This document shows, piece after piece, positions 1-12,781 of a stretch of DNA of 64,000 nucleotides; within the stretch, counting starts at the first letter, position 1, and every line of letters begins with the position of its first letter. Source of the stretch: Lingula anatina (taxonomy: Eukaryota > Animalia > Brachiopoda); assembly GCA_051362555.1 (NCBI GenBank), contig CM120640.1, forward strand, positions 17,794,001 through 17,858,000, read 5' to 3'. Under the pieces are notes generated by a model that saw only the letters and a program-made list of their open reading frames with translations, had not been told where the DNA came from and ran no database searches. The position numbers and the translations under genes were made by a program.

Positions 1-310
1 TAGCCAGAGTATCCAAAACCACACTACAAGGGTACTTTGCTGAAAATGTGCTGCTAAAGTAGTGAAAAAACAACAGCCAATATAACTTTCAGTACTCTCA
101 TTATGGGGTTTGAACAAAAGTACTACTATTCTGAGTGTTTTCCCATGGACATGGTCAGTGTGGGTTGTCCAGGGTCAAAATAAAACCAAGCAGCTTTTAA
201 CAATAATGAGCACCAGAGCACTTTGCTGCACTTTACTACAGCTAAAGTAGCTCATCTTAATATTTGGGTAAAGCATGTTCTCATTGTTAAAAGTATTTCC
301 ATAGTAAGGG
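1..310. mobile_element. Possible right part of a TIR element truncated by the window edge
   Basis: Repeated GCTAAAGTAG/ACTTTGCTG motifs ending in TTTCCATAGTAAGGG. The partner terminus is not in the window. Confidence 0.25.
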
Positions 311-3300
311 TTATTGTTGAAGAGTGTCTGAGAAGTTGATAACTTCAGTCAAGGGGCCTAATGTATGTATAGAAAACCACTATAGATTATGCAACTTGTA
401 AGAATTATCGTGACTCTTTGTAGCTTTAATTAGGGTAGTTCAGTGAAAATTAGCTGCCATTTTTCACTGTAACTTGGCATTGCGGGATCTAGACACACAC
501 TGTACTGTTAATTTGGTGTTAACCTCCTAGTGACAGTCAGTTTTACTTGTCTTGATCTTTATGGCAGTGGTCCTGATATATTTATCCCAGCTTGCTTTTC
601 ATCTCCAATATTACTACTAGTAGTAATGTTATAACCAATATTCCACTTGGAAAATTGGTTTTAACATAACTAGTACACAGTTGACAAAATAATTTGTTGG
701 ATGACAAAGTGCGTTATTCGAACAGTCAATTTAAGGAAAGAAAAGGTGTGAGGCTTATCTGGATAGGAAGAAGTAATTAGCACAAGTTTATGTAAATCAG
801 CATGATATTCTGTCAGGTGTGGACTGCTATCTGGACAGATGGTGAGGTCACTGACAGTAAGATTTAGAAAAATCCTAGATTAATTGATAAATGGGCCTTT
901 CCATATATTTTAGACAAGATAATGAACAATTTAGAATGTTATATGAAAATGTCACTTTGGTAGATCTGTTGATAGTTATGATTGTGAAAAAAATTGACAT
1001 TGTAACTGAGAAATAAAGCTGTTTTGTTTTCGTTAATGAAATTGTTTACAGTAACATCTGCTGAGTTTGAAAAAGAGCTTCACCCATTTTGGCTCTTACC
1101 TCACTTGTTAGATTTTTACAGTGCTTGTGTACAAATAATGTTTTTTTTTGTTGTTTTTTTTTTTGGGGGGGGGACAATAAATGTATGCTTAGTAAATCGA
1201 TAGATTTGGTCAGAAATATTTTAAGTTTTTACTGTTTTCATAGTAGTGTATTATTTTATGAACCTAGAAGATATTTTAAAATAACAACTGGGACCAAGGA
1301 TCTAGATTACTACAGTACCTATTGGCTCCCACATACATAACCCAATACATTATTTTACTACACACTGTGGGTATTGACAATTCCATATTTGTATACACAT
1401 TATTTTCCTCAGGATGGGTGACCACAACATGTGAGTAATAACAACTGTAGTAACAATACAGATTACGTCCTCACACAAGACAAGACTTTGAGTCATTGTT
1501 CTCAAATATTTCTCTCCAGTTGAAATGGTTCTCTCCATCACCCAGACATGTTAAAAAATTTGTGTTTGAAGTGGTATACACCCCCCCTTCACTCGCCCCC
1601 TTTACAATGATTGATGGTTTGGGAAATAATGATGGAAAAAATTTGCCAAGAAATTTACTTGAGAATCCCTGACACATGTTAGCTGATTCCAATCACATGT
1701 GCTGTAAGTGGGGAGATTGGGTTGTGTTAGTGGCCTCCCGCACTGAGCGTGGTGAAGAAATCTGCTGGATATAATGCTAAGAATTGTGACAAAGTGTACC
1801 AGATGAAAAACACCCTGTGCAAATTGACCTGTTTGTGTAGGAGTGATTCTGGAGGTTGGTTCTGAAAAAAAGAGATAATAGAAGCCAACTGACTCAGACT
1901 GTTAAGGAAATACCGCATACATACATATGTGTGCAGAGAGATCTATTACTTGATTCATTTTCACTAAGGTTGTCCTTCATTTGTGATTTAACCTGTTGAC
2001 CATGTTCATAAGACTTAACATGCCTCAGTATTGTTGGTAAGTAGTTGTATTTCTCTGACGAAATATTCAAGGACAATGAATATGAATTATGAATATCTTA
2101 GTTGTGAGTTTGGCAGCAGATCATTTACAGTTAGTAATTGAGTATTTTATCATGAAATAGTAAATATTTTAGAATTACGGATAATTAGAGCCATTTGTAT
2201 TCTTTTATATAAACAGTTCTAAGAAACCCTCCTGTGAGACTGTCGGGTGATATCACCTTTCCTTTGTTGTTTCAAATGAGAAATTTGAATACTTCATGCA
2301 ACAAGGCAGGTTCACAATTATCAGAAATATTTTCACCAAAGCAGGGATGAAGTACATTTTGCTAAATGAATAATATTCATAATATTATATAACAATAATA
2401 ATATTCATAATAGTAATCATTTTATAGGTATATTATATAGATACAATCAGTGTTTATTTCTGTTTATAAAATCCCACTTATTAGATACATTTTTTGAATT
2501 TATTTAAATAAAAGTTAAAGATGAAATTGATGTCTAGTGAAAAAAGATAAAAAGAGAGTACCAAAAGTGTGACAATAGATTATGATTGGGATTCTGATGG
2601 TTTTGCCAATTAGTTAGGTGTGGCAGTGTGTTAGCTGTGACCTTGTATTAAATAATAGTTGGGGGCAAAGACAGAGCTTAGTTACAAGATACATAGAATA
2701 GGTCTGACCTATTGTTACTGGTATGAAACCAAAGGAATTGCTGCAAGCTTGATTCATGGCTTTGATATGTTGCCACATTCTTTAGTTATTTATTACTCTT
2801 GTCATGAATGAAAGAAAATCGATCTTTTCTGTTCTCCAACTGCACACCATTGTCATGTCTGACGACATGTTGCATCTTGATATCGATTTTTTGGGGCTCA
2901 TTTCTCAGAATGCCAGATGAAATAACCAATGAATGAAATAGTTTGAAAGAATATTGACAAGTAGCTTTACTTTTTCTTCAGGATGATGCATTAGGTGACA
3001 TATGTTCAGCAGAGCACTGAGCCCAGACTTGCCAGTTTCCAGCTCGCCTGGGAGCTGAGGATAACAGGGACGGCTAAAAATTACATTGCCTTTTTTTGTT
3101 GATGTTGTTGAGGGGGAAATTTTACCTTTGCAATCCAGGCACTGAATATGCCTGGGATTCCTGGACGGCTGAGGCCTCCTTTAGGGAACAAAAGAAATAC
3201 CCTGAAATAATGATCCTCATGTTAGGTTCATAGAATGGATATCTTCAGTGGTAACCCAAAAACTTGCAACTTAACATAAAGCCAAGTTAGATTTTGCAAA

Positions 3301-3600
3301 ATTTTTAGGAGAGGTCAAAAGCATTGGCAGATAACCATAGCTAGGTATGTGGTACAGCAACAAATAAAGCTAACAGAATGATTCCTTTGATATTTATCTT
3401 GTTGTTTTCTCTAAAGTTGTGTCCAAATTACAGTCTGTTGCATAACAGTATGAATTCACAATGTTTTGGGTCTCAGTTTAGTGTTGTTTCCCAAGATGAC
3501 ATCCTAGGTGAATAGAGTTTAACCCTTATTGCTTAAAAGTTCATCCCACTTCATGCAGGTTCCTAGGATATATATTATTGGGGCCTCATAAGAATGTGAC

Positions 3601-3604
<4 letters not shown>

Positions 3605-3684
<80 letters not shown>
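3605..3684. repeat. (AT)n microsatellite
   Basis: About 40 perfect AT units. Confidence 0.98.
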
Positions 3685-3692
<8 letters not shown>

Positions 3693-6677
3693 GCTTTGGG
3701 TAAACATAAACTGAAGATATGGGGATAAACTGTACTCCTGGGGTATTGGATTAGAAAGACTGCTGGTGTTAAATGTTTAAGCTGACATGGAGTCATTCCA
3801 CAGTATCCCCCCTCCCTTGATATGGATCATAATGTGATATGACCTTAAATAGTAAAAAGGCACAAGATTTTATGAAGAGAAAGAAAAAAGGTTGATACTG
3901 CTCTGAACAGGAAATGCTGTCAGTAATGAGTCCAAAATGTGTCTGTATTTGCTTGGCCAAGGTCGTGTAGTCAGTTTTTTAAAGAAGAAAAAACTGGTAT
4001 AATGATAATAAAACAAATGAAAATTGCAAACAAATAAAGAACAAATATCTTAAAGAAAAATGTAGTCACTCAAAGCATTCAGCTTGTCCTGATGTGAGTG
4101 CAATTGCATTATAATCAAATGTGTTTGGAATGAAAGGTGGCATCAGTCCATTGGTGTTATTTTAGCTCCTGTGTGTTGATTGATAGGCTGTGTAGGCAGA
4201 TGATGTGATTGCATGTCATAAGAGGCACTATCTATTTACAGTAGCGATTACATACTCACACATTGCTTTTCTTTATTATTACTTCTATATTATCACGCCA
4301 TTTACGCACTTCAGGCAAAGACTGATGCAATTTTCAGTGGCAAATACTGACACCATGTGGCTCAGTAACTATCAGTATGTTTCCTTAACTATTTTAATGT
4401 TTCAGTTTATTTTGGTCTAGATTTGATTACACAGAGCAATAACCATGCTTCGGCTAGAGTTTTAACTTTTGAGTTTTTAAGTGTCAAATGCCCATCTGAA
4501 ATATATAAATTTACAAAAAAAAAAGATAAAAAGCAATAAAGAAAACAATAGCTCCATGCCCATTTTTGAGACCACCTCTGCTGAGTGGCTTCTTTTGGCA
4601 GCAGGCCTGATTTTTTCCCAAAGGTTTGGTCACATTTAGTTTATTTGAATGACAGTTTATCCCTAGTGCAAATAATGGAACATGTCTGTTTAGTCAAAAG
4701 TAACATACAGTTTAGACAGTGTTGTGACTTTATACCCCCTTCTTCCAAGATAAACTATTGGGAAAACATGGTTGTTATAATAGCTGTAGAATATAATAAG
4801 CATATTTATTTAGTAACTGTGGCCTCAAATTTGATTTTATCCTGGGTCAGTGCACACTAATTTTGAGGGAATTTCTATAATATGCGACATGTAGTGCACA
4901 CAAGTAGTCAATAAGATGTAATAATTTGCAGTGGTTTATTTCTTAAATATCCAAAAGATTCTTTTGTCAGCTAACAACTATTAAGAAGGGAACCCATTGA
5001 TACACAGTAGTACTTTAACTGTAGAGACTCTATCCCTGTATAACCAAGGAAGTCCTGTTGAGTACCAGGTAGTCTTAATGCATACCTGTGGGAGGATGCC
5101 GAGTTGATTTTTGTGCCTGATAAAGAACTAATATTTTGATATCGGAATCCAGATCTTATCTCATCTGGTGTGCAAAGTGGGAAGAAATGAGGCTTTGGCA
5201 TGAGGGGAAGTCTGTGTACAGCAGAGGAGGGGCTGATGTATTGGTTGGGTAATGCAATGAATTAATGAATCAGTGCCATTCTATTTCTTTCCTGTGGCTA
5301 ATGAGGTGTGGTTGTCAGCCATATTGTGGAGGCTTTGGTTTATATCTGTTGAAATTTAGAAAGGTCAAGACATAACCATATTGTAAGAGGTAAGAATGGC
5401 TAATGGAAATAGGATGCAAATATAGCATGAAAAATTATTGTTTACAAAATAATAATAATAATAATAATAATAAAAGTTTTTATGCTAGGCTTATTGACAG
5501 TCAACTTAACAGTGTCCTGGGTTCCAAATTATGTTATAAGATCTTGTCAATTGACTGGATGAAGTTGGCTTCATACCACCAGTATCACTCTATTATTCAT
5601 CTTTATTTCAGGAAAAATTGTCTATATTTTGATACTTTGATGCAGAGTGAGTGAGGAATTATCCTAAAGTTGCTAATCTATTGAAAATCTTTTTAAATTA
5701 TAGTTAAAATTGAACCAAGGCATGCCATAAAACAAATAACCTGTCAAACAAGTTCAAGGAAAATATGTGCTAAGTGAGTCTAAAAATGTAAAAGGGGAAA
5801 AAAGGTAGAAAGAAAATACAAATTGAATGAAATATTTTTATGGTTCAGTGGTTTAATTAGTGTTTGTTAGGATGACTTTATTTACTCCCTCTGCTCTATA
5901 TTATAATACCCAGTGTTTTAGATTTAACCCCCAGATTAAGTTGAGGTGCAAGAAGAAATGGAAAGGACTAGTGTCCACTTACTAGTACCAGCATGTATGT
6001 ATGTCTCTAGCCAGGAGATAAAAGAAAGTGTACTGAAGGGATTATGTGAGGACTTACTGAGACACACCTGTTGTAACAGACAGGTAAAAAAGTTGACCTT
6101 CTCAACAGGGGTTTTATTTATTCCAAAAGTATCTGGAACCCATCACCACATGTTGGCAAAGAATGTACAAAGGAGTCTGATCCATGTAAAAAAAATCAAT
6201 TTCAGCAATTAAATTCAGAGTATCTAACATGGTCAGAAGTAGAAATTTTTCCAGACAAGAAGGTAGAAGGTCATCAATGATATATTGTCTTGTTTGTAGT
6301 CATATTTAAGTGAGTTCTATAGAAGATATGAGTGTCACTTTATCATCCAAAATTAAACATGTGTGATATATCTTTAATATGAAGATCTGCTGGATAAGAT
6401 ATATATATATATATATATGCTAAAATGTCTGGACCCAGGATGGGAAGCATGTCAAGATATGAGTTTTTGTATTTGTCTTTCGGATTATTATGGATTATTA
6501 CCCTGTGGTGCCCTAGAAGTGGTTTATTATCCATTTTCTCCTTATCAGCTGTGTGACGCAATGTTCATGATAGAGTAGGAAGATGGAAAATATTAGAAAT
6601 CTCAGTGGTTGTTACCAGTGGTTGTTCTAGGATGATGTTGTTTTTGAATGACTGATTTATTGTGTAGTAATTTCGGC

Positions 6678-9143
6678 TTTTTATTATGTACAGACACAGA
6701 TGTGTCTGTACATATTGCCATCACCTGCGTCTGTCGTCGCCGATGCCGATGCCGATGCCGATGCCGTCGCCGGCGCCGTGCACTTTCCTTGTAAACACGA
6801 TAAGTGGAAGGCAGTTTCACTTTTTGGCTTTATATTTACAGAGCTGATGTATATTCATAAAACGCAGGTCAAGTTCGAAAATCAGCATGATCGGGCCATT
6901 TTAAGGGAAGTTATGCTGTTTTTTCACTTTTTTCAGCATATATGCAACCCTGTAAACACATTTTAAGGAAAACCGTTAGGCCTGTTGTCATGAAACTCAC
7001 AGGAGTAATCAGTCTTATGAAAACGCAGGTCGAGTTCGAAAATCAGCATGATCGGGCCACTGTTTTAGTAGTTATGCTGTTTTTTCATTTTTCAGCATAT
7101 ATGCAACACTGTAAACACAATATAAGAAAAACAGATTGGCCAATTGTCATTAAACTCACAGTAGTGGTAAATCTTACTAAAATGCAGGTTGAGTTCGAAA
7201 ATCAGCATAATCGGGGCATTATTTTAGAAATTATGCTGTTTTTTCACATTTCCTCAGATTCAACTCTTAGGCATGTTAACAGTCTCATTATTGAACTAAT
7301 AAGATACGTAAAAGTGTTTGTTTGACATTTCCTGCATCTTTACAACATTGTTAGTTGATTATGTAAAAATGATGGTAAACTTGTTATCGTGTATTGTGTA
7401 ATAAAGTGTCAAAAATGGAAATAAACTCATATCATTGCAGTTTGTCAGATTTAATCATTCACTATGTTCAGAATCTCAGAATGGAGGAAATTAGACATTT
7501 AACACTATTCTATTGCTATTTTCCCCATCTCATCAATTTTCTTAGTTGATCATATAAAAATTGCAGTAAACTGTTTATTTTGTTTTATGTTAAAAAAAGT
7601 GTTAAAAATGGAAATAAACCCATGTCAGAACAGTGCTGTCTTGTTTTACATTTCCTCAGATTCAATTCTTAGGCATGTTAACAGTTTCATTATTTAACTA
7701 ATAAGACATGTTAAAGTGTTTAGTTGACATTTCCTGTATCTTTACAACATTATTAGTTGATTATGTAAAACTGATGGTAAACTTGTTATCATGTATTATG
7801 TAATAAAGTTTCAAAAATGGAAATAAACTCATATCATTGCAGTTTGTCAGATGCAATCATTCACTATGTTTAGAATCTCAGAATGGAGGAAATTGGACAT
7901 TTAACACTGTTGTATTTATATTTTTCCCATCTCATCAATTTTTTTAGTTGATCATATAAAGATGGCAATAACCTGTTAATTTTGTTTTATGTTAAAAAAA
8001 TTGTTAAAAATGGAAAAAAAAAACATTTCAGAACAGTGCTGTCTTGTTTACATTTTGGCATTTTCAAGTTGTGACTTTGAAGTTCCATATGGGCCTGAAG
8101 ACCTTTGCTAGTCACATTTTCTGAATATCCATGATACTAATATTTTATTATTAAAATTGATGGTCATTATGCTGTTAAACACTATGTAATATTGCATCAA
8201 AATTTGAAAAAAAAACTATTTTGGGCACTGCTCCCATGATGACCATTTAAGAAAAACAATGTCACTTACTGTTCTCAAACAGTACAGTAAATATGTACAG
8301 ATGTGTCTGTACATATTGCCATCACCTGTATCTGCCGTCGCCGCCGTCACTGTCGCCGACGCTAGCGCCGTGCACTTTCATTGTAAACATGATAAGTGGA
8401 AGGCAGTTTTACTTTTTGGCTGTATGTTTACAGAGCTGATGAATATTCATAAAACGCAGGTCAAGTTCGAAAATCAGCATGATCGGGCCATTTTAAGGGA
8501 AGTTATGCTGTTTTTTCACTTTTCAGCATATATGCAACACTGTAAACACATTTCAAGGAAAACTGATAGGCCTGTTGTCATGAAACTCACAGGAGTAATC
8601 GATCTTATTATAATGCAGGTCAGGTTCGAAAATCGGCATGATCGGGCCACTGTTTTAGTAGTTATGCTTTTTTCTTCACTTTTCAGCATATATGCAACAC
8701 AGTAAATACAATATAAGAAAAACAGATGGGCCAATTGTCATGAAACTCACAGGAGTGGTCATTCCTGCTAAAACGCAGGTTGAGATCAAAAATCAGCTTA
8801 ATCGGGCCATTATTTCAAAGAAATGATGTTTTTTCACATTTCCTCAGATTCATTTCTTAGGCATGTTAACAGTTTCATTATTTAATTAATAAGATACGTA
8901 AAAGTGTTTGTTTGGCATTTCCTGCATCTTTACAACATTATTAGTTGATTATGTAAAAATGATGGTAAACTTGTTATCGTGTATTGTGTAATAAAGTTTC
9001 AAAAATGGAAATAAACTCATATCATTGCAGTTTGTCAGATTTAATCTTTAAAATTTTGCATCAGAATTGACAGTAGCCTATTTTGTGCATAGTTATTTCC
9101 TGTTTTTTGTCTGTACATTTGACAGCTTTGCTGCCTTGTTTTT
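6678..9143 (+). mobile_element. Helentron-associated non-autonomous element (HINE/DINE-1-like), partly duplicated, with internal tandem arrays
   Basis: 5' T-run, then hairpin ATGTACAGACAC-agat-GTGTCTGTACAT (6686-6713) and a (GCCGAT)n microsatellite. Three ~160-bp units carry AGTTCGAAAATCAGCAT (6872, 7033, 7192), followed by two ~400-bp units (from ~7247 and ~7648). The head restarts at ~8295. The 3' end has subTIR TGTCTGTACAT (9108-9118), stem-loop CAGC-ttt-GCTG and a T-run. Confidence 0.82.
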
Positions 9144-9530
9144 ATTAGAATTTAAAGAGAAAAAAAAGAGAAAATCTAAACCATACCAGTTCTGGTAATC
9201 CTGAATAAGATATGAGGTTATTTTGATATTGGAAATTGTTCAGCTTAAAGAGCAATGTCACAAGCTTTTCATCTCCCATCATTTTATTGAACACAGTTTG
9301 TTGAAACATGGAATTTAACAAATTGATTTTTATGGGCAGTGAATTTAGTAATACATGGAAATTACCAATTGCCATTTTGTAGTGTTAATGATTCCAAAAA
9401 TTCATGAAGTTTGATAATCTTAGTTTCTAGGAAAAGGTTTTCAATGTAAAGCGTTAATTAAGCCATTAACATAACATTGTCTGTATTTTCAGATCATTGT
9501 TTGCTGAATTGAAGATGTTAGTATAACAGC

Positions 9531-10898
9531 ATGGGATGTGCTATAGCAAAACAAGACCAGGAGTGTTCCAATATTTTCCATGTGTACAATGTGGATGAAC
9601 AAGGGAACTCCGCCAATGCTGGTAGACTGGAAATAGCCAATATGGACTTAGTTCTACACCAGCGTGGAAAGGAACCAATCAGGTGGCCTGTTAGATGCTT
9701 ACGTAGATATGGCTACGACCAGGATATATTCTCTTTTGAAAGTGGGCGCCGGTGCCCCACTGGCCCTGGTATATACGCCTTTAGGTGTCGCCAGGCAGAG
9801 ACTTTATTCAACATGTTGCAGGAAGTGATTCAGACTGCTGGGCAAGAGAATGATACTCACACAAATCAGAACGGCAGCATTTCGCTTAGCCGACCTGTGT
9901 CGTACACAGAGCAGCAGTCTCCTCACCTTCTCTTGCCTGCCATTCCTTCACAAAATGGCACAAGTATGGCACGGCGGGACCATTTATATGTCAATGGGAC
10001 AATTGCCTCCGAGTACTTGCCGCCATCACAGGTGCCCCAGAATGGCACGGTGCTGCTTGATGCCACACATGACTATGTGAATACTGCCAATGCAGCCAGG
10101 GCTTTGAGGACCCATAACGGGACAAATTCCCTGGAACACACCAAGATTCAAATCACATTTGATAATAATGACAACCCTAGTGCTATCATAAACTATGCAG
10201 TATTAGACTTGCCCAAAAGTACTGAGAATCTGACAGAAGGTGCCAACATTACATCACGGAGCTGTGTCCAGTACACAAATCTAGTTGACCCCCCTCCAAT
10301 TGAAAGGGGGAGTCCCATAAGTTCACGCAAACCCAGTAGTGGATCATGTATGAGTGGGAACTCTGTGGCTGAAATGGACACCACCACAAGTAGCACTGAG
10401 AACCTTTCCTCGCCCACTGGTCAACCCAATGGTTGGGGTGCTGCCCTAGGGAATGGGGGCCCTGGGGTTGGGGTCCACAATGGGGGCACCCAGCCGACTT
10501 ATATTAATGTTGGTGCTGAAGCTAAGAAAATGGAATTCCCCAATGCACAGGACCCCAAGGTACCCCCTAAACCTTCCAGTGAACAGCATAGCTATGCCAA
10601 CTTGGACCTGGTGCCACAGAACTGTAGACGAGAGCCCCTCGGGATGCGCCGTGTCAACTACATACAATTGGATCTGGAAAAGACCCCCGATGACAGGGTG
10701 AATGGTGCAGATAAGGTACCTCCCTCGCCCCTAAGCCTGCTGTCAGTTCCAGACTCCCCTAGTAGAAAAACCGAGAGTTACGCTACTATTGATTTTAACA
10801 AGACTGCAGCGTTGTCTAAAACTGCTGGGCCCTCTCCAGGCCAAGACGAGGGACAAAGGAAGACACGCCATAACAGCACTATTGCAGATTTGGAATAA
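9531..10898 (+). CDS. FRS2: FGF receptor substrate 2/3-like adaptor (IRS-type PTB domain), 455 aa, single coding exon
   Basis: N-terminal MGC myristoylation/palmitoylation motif. PTB segment WPVRCLRRYGYDQDIFSFESGRRCPTGPGIYAFRC matches the FRS2/3 family. Grb2-type YxN sites (YVN, YTN, YIN, YAN) and SHP2-type NYIQL/YATI sites in the tail. Acceptor ttttcAG at 9491-9492 shows that upstream 5'UTR exons exist. Confidence 0.93.
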   Translation: MGCAIAKQDQECSNIFHVYNVDEQGNSANAGRLEIANMDLVLHQRGKEPIRWPVRCLRRYGYDQDIFSFESGRRCPTGPGIYAFRCRQAETLFNMLQEVIQTAGQENDTHTNQNGSISLSRPVSYTEQQSPHLLLPAIPSQNGTSMARRDHLYVNGTIASEYLPPSQVPQNGTVLLDATHDYVNTANAARALRTHNGTNSLEHTKIQITFDNNDNPSAIINYAVLDLPKSTENLTEGANITSRSCVQYTNLVDPPPIERGSPISSRKPSSGSCMSGNSVAEMDTTTSSTENLSSPTGQPNGWGAALGNGGPGVGVHNGGTQPTYINVGAEAKKMEFPNAQDPKVPPKPSSEQHSYANLDLVPQNCRREPLGMRRVNYIQLDLEKTPDDRVNGADKVPPSPLSLLSVPDSPSRKTESYATIDFNKTAALSKTAGPSPGQDEGQRKTRHNSTIADLE

Positions 10899-12500
10899 TA
10901 GCTCCTGCTCAAATGTGAAATGCTCAAATTTTTAACTTGGCACGTATGCGATATGGACAAAAGAAGGGAACCCTCCATGATTAAGTAAGATGATAAGAAT
11001 GTGCTTAAAAAGGAGGCAGGAAACTGTTAAGTGTGATAGATAAAATCTTCTCATAATGTAGCGAATAGCTTTAACATTGAATGAAATGTAACTCTTATGT
11101 TTTCAAAATTCGGAAATTGGTGCTCTTATTGTAAGTGTGCTCTGTAATGCTCAGTAGAATTTAATATACTTGTATTCTTCCCAGTATTTTGATGTTATTA
11201 AGTTTTATCGTAGACTCTTTTGTCATACACGTTTGGATGCCCCCACCCACTCACCCACACTGTGGTATTTGTACATGATGTTTAAATAGGATTAAAATGT
11301 TAGTATTTATGGCAGTTTGTAATATACTAAAATCAATTATCACAGAGTACTTTTAACACGTTATCTCTCTGCTAGAGAATATACTCATATCTTGTACATA
11401 AGCCTACATTAATCATGCTGAAAGCACATAGTATTAAAGCTACATATTGCACAGTTCTTGTCAGTATTTTGCTCAATAGGGATAATGTAAGTAATAGCAA
11501 TGTGGCTAATGAATAATTTCATAATTGATAAATATGTGTATATATAGTCACTTATGTGATTAATGCCAACATTTTTTTTTTTTTTTTTTTGGTGAAAAGC
11601 CAATAAGTTACATTTTTAAAGCTGAATATTTTATGCTGAAGTAGCAGTAGGTTGGTGAAGAAAATTTATTGTCCATTTTTTTTTAGCCAAAGTCAATTCT
11701 TTTAGCCAATGATTGAATTTCTGTATGTTAGTGTGGGTTCATCAAGGTATTACTATTTCTGTATTATAATCAACTGTTAAAATATCCATTCATTAATATG
11801 TGAAATGTCGGTAGGGAAAATGAACTGAGTATTATGACTTATTCTATGTAACACATTCTTGGTGAGGTAATACTGTGCTTATACATGTCAGAGCAGTCTT
11901 TTGGGTTATAAATATTTTTGGCAAGGGTGCATTAATTCAGAAGAAATGCTGGCTCTTGTACATTTATGTTGGAATGCTTTAATTATGAGAAGAAATGGCT
12001 TATACAAGGATTTGTTTGTCAAACTCTTGAGTCATTTGAAAAATAGTTGGCGTTTTAATGATAGAGTTTTTAAATGCGTATCAATTGAAAAGTACAGTCC
12101 TTTCTTACAAAATTCAAGGTTTAGTAGTTATATATGATATGATTTTATTAAAATTCCTTTAAATTCTAAGTCGTGTCAAAGCCAGAAACATTTTGTTAGT
12201 ATCTGTTACATAAACTTAGAAATGATATAATGCTTGGATTAAGTGATGCAAATGAAGTATGTGAATAATTATAGCATGTATTCAAAATGTGAATAAGGGT
12301 AATTATGAAAAGCAGAGTTTTGGCTGTCTTGAGTGAAAAAGATCTGTCATTTAGAATTATTACAGGCTTTTTATTTGTCACTAGCTGAAAATTTTGTGAG
12401 GAAGTAGTGAGTAAGGAATTAAAGCCTACCACATTAGTCATCATTTATATCAGCACTAAATATAGTAGAATTATTTCCTGTATAGAGAATACATCTCTAA

Positions 12501-12781
12501 AGGGGACCATTGGTAAGGTTGGTGGGGGAAAAACAGCAACAAAACATTTCTGTGGCATATTTTATACTACCATGTTATCAAAAAACTTTAAAAACCCACA
12601 CTAGAAAACAAGTCTTCTTTTACGGGACTGAACCCTGGTGAAAGTTTACATTAATATTGGGCTCTATATGCAGTAGTTGAGCAGTTTAGTTTCTTAGCGA
12701 TGATACAATGTGTAGGAATTGGCTTTGAAAAAAATAAGAAAAATTGAGGACACGTGTCGCCAAATATTCCTCATGGTCCCT
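12501..12781. mobile_element. Kolobok-like MITE in the FRS2 3' region
   Basis: Termini AGGGGACCAT...ATGGTCCCT flanked by ctaa/ttaa, a degenerate TTAA target. Confidence 0.5.

Noticed and set aside
3519-3796. ORFs with YIYIYI runs, and the VCVC ORFs at 24045-24348
   Set aside because: They are translations of (AT)n and (AC)n microsatellites.
6602-8734. ORFs of 72-148 aa with repeated FENQHDRA
   Set aside because: They are incidental frames through the 160-bp tandem units of a non-autonomous element, with no Rep/helicase motifs.
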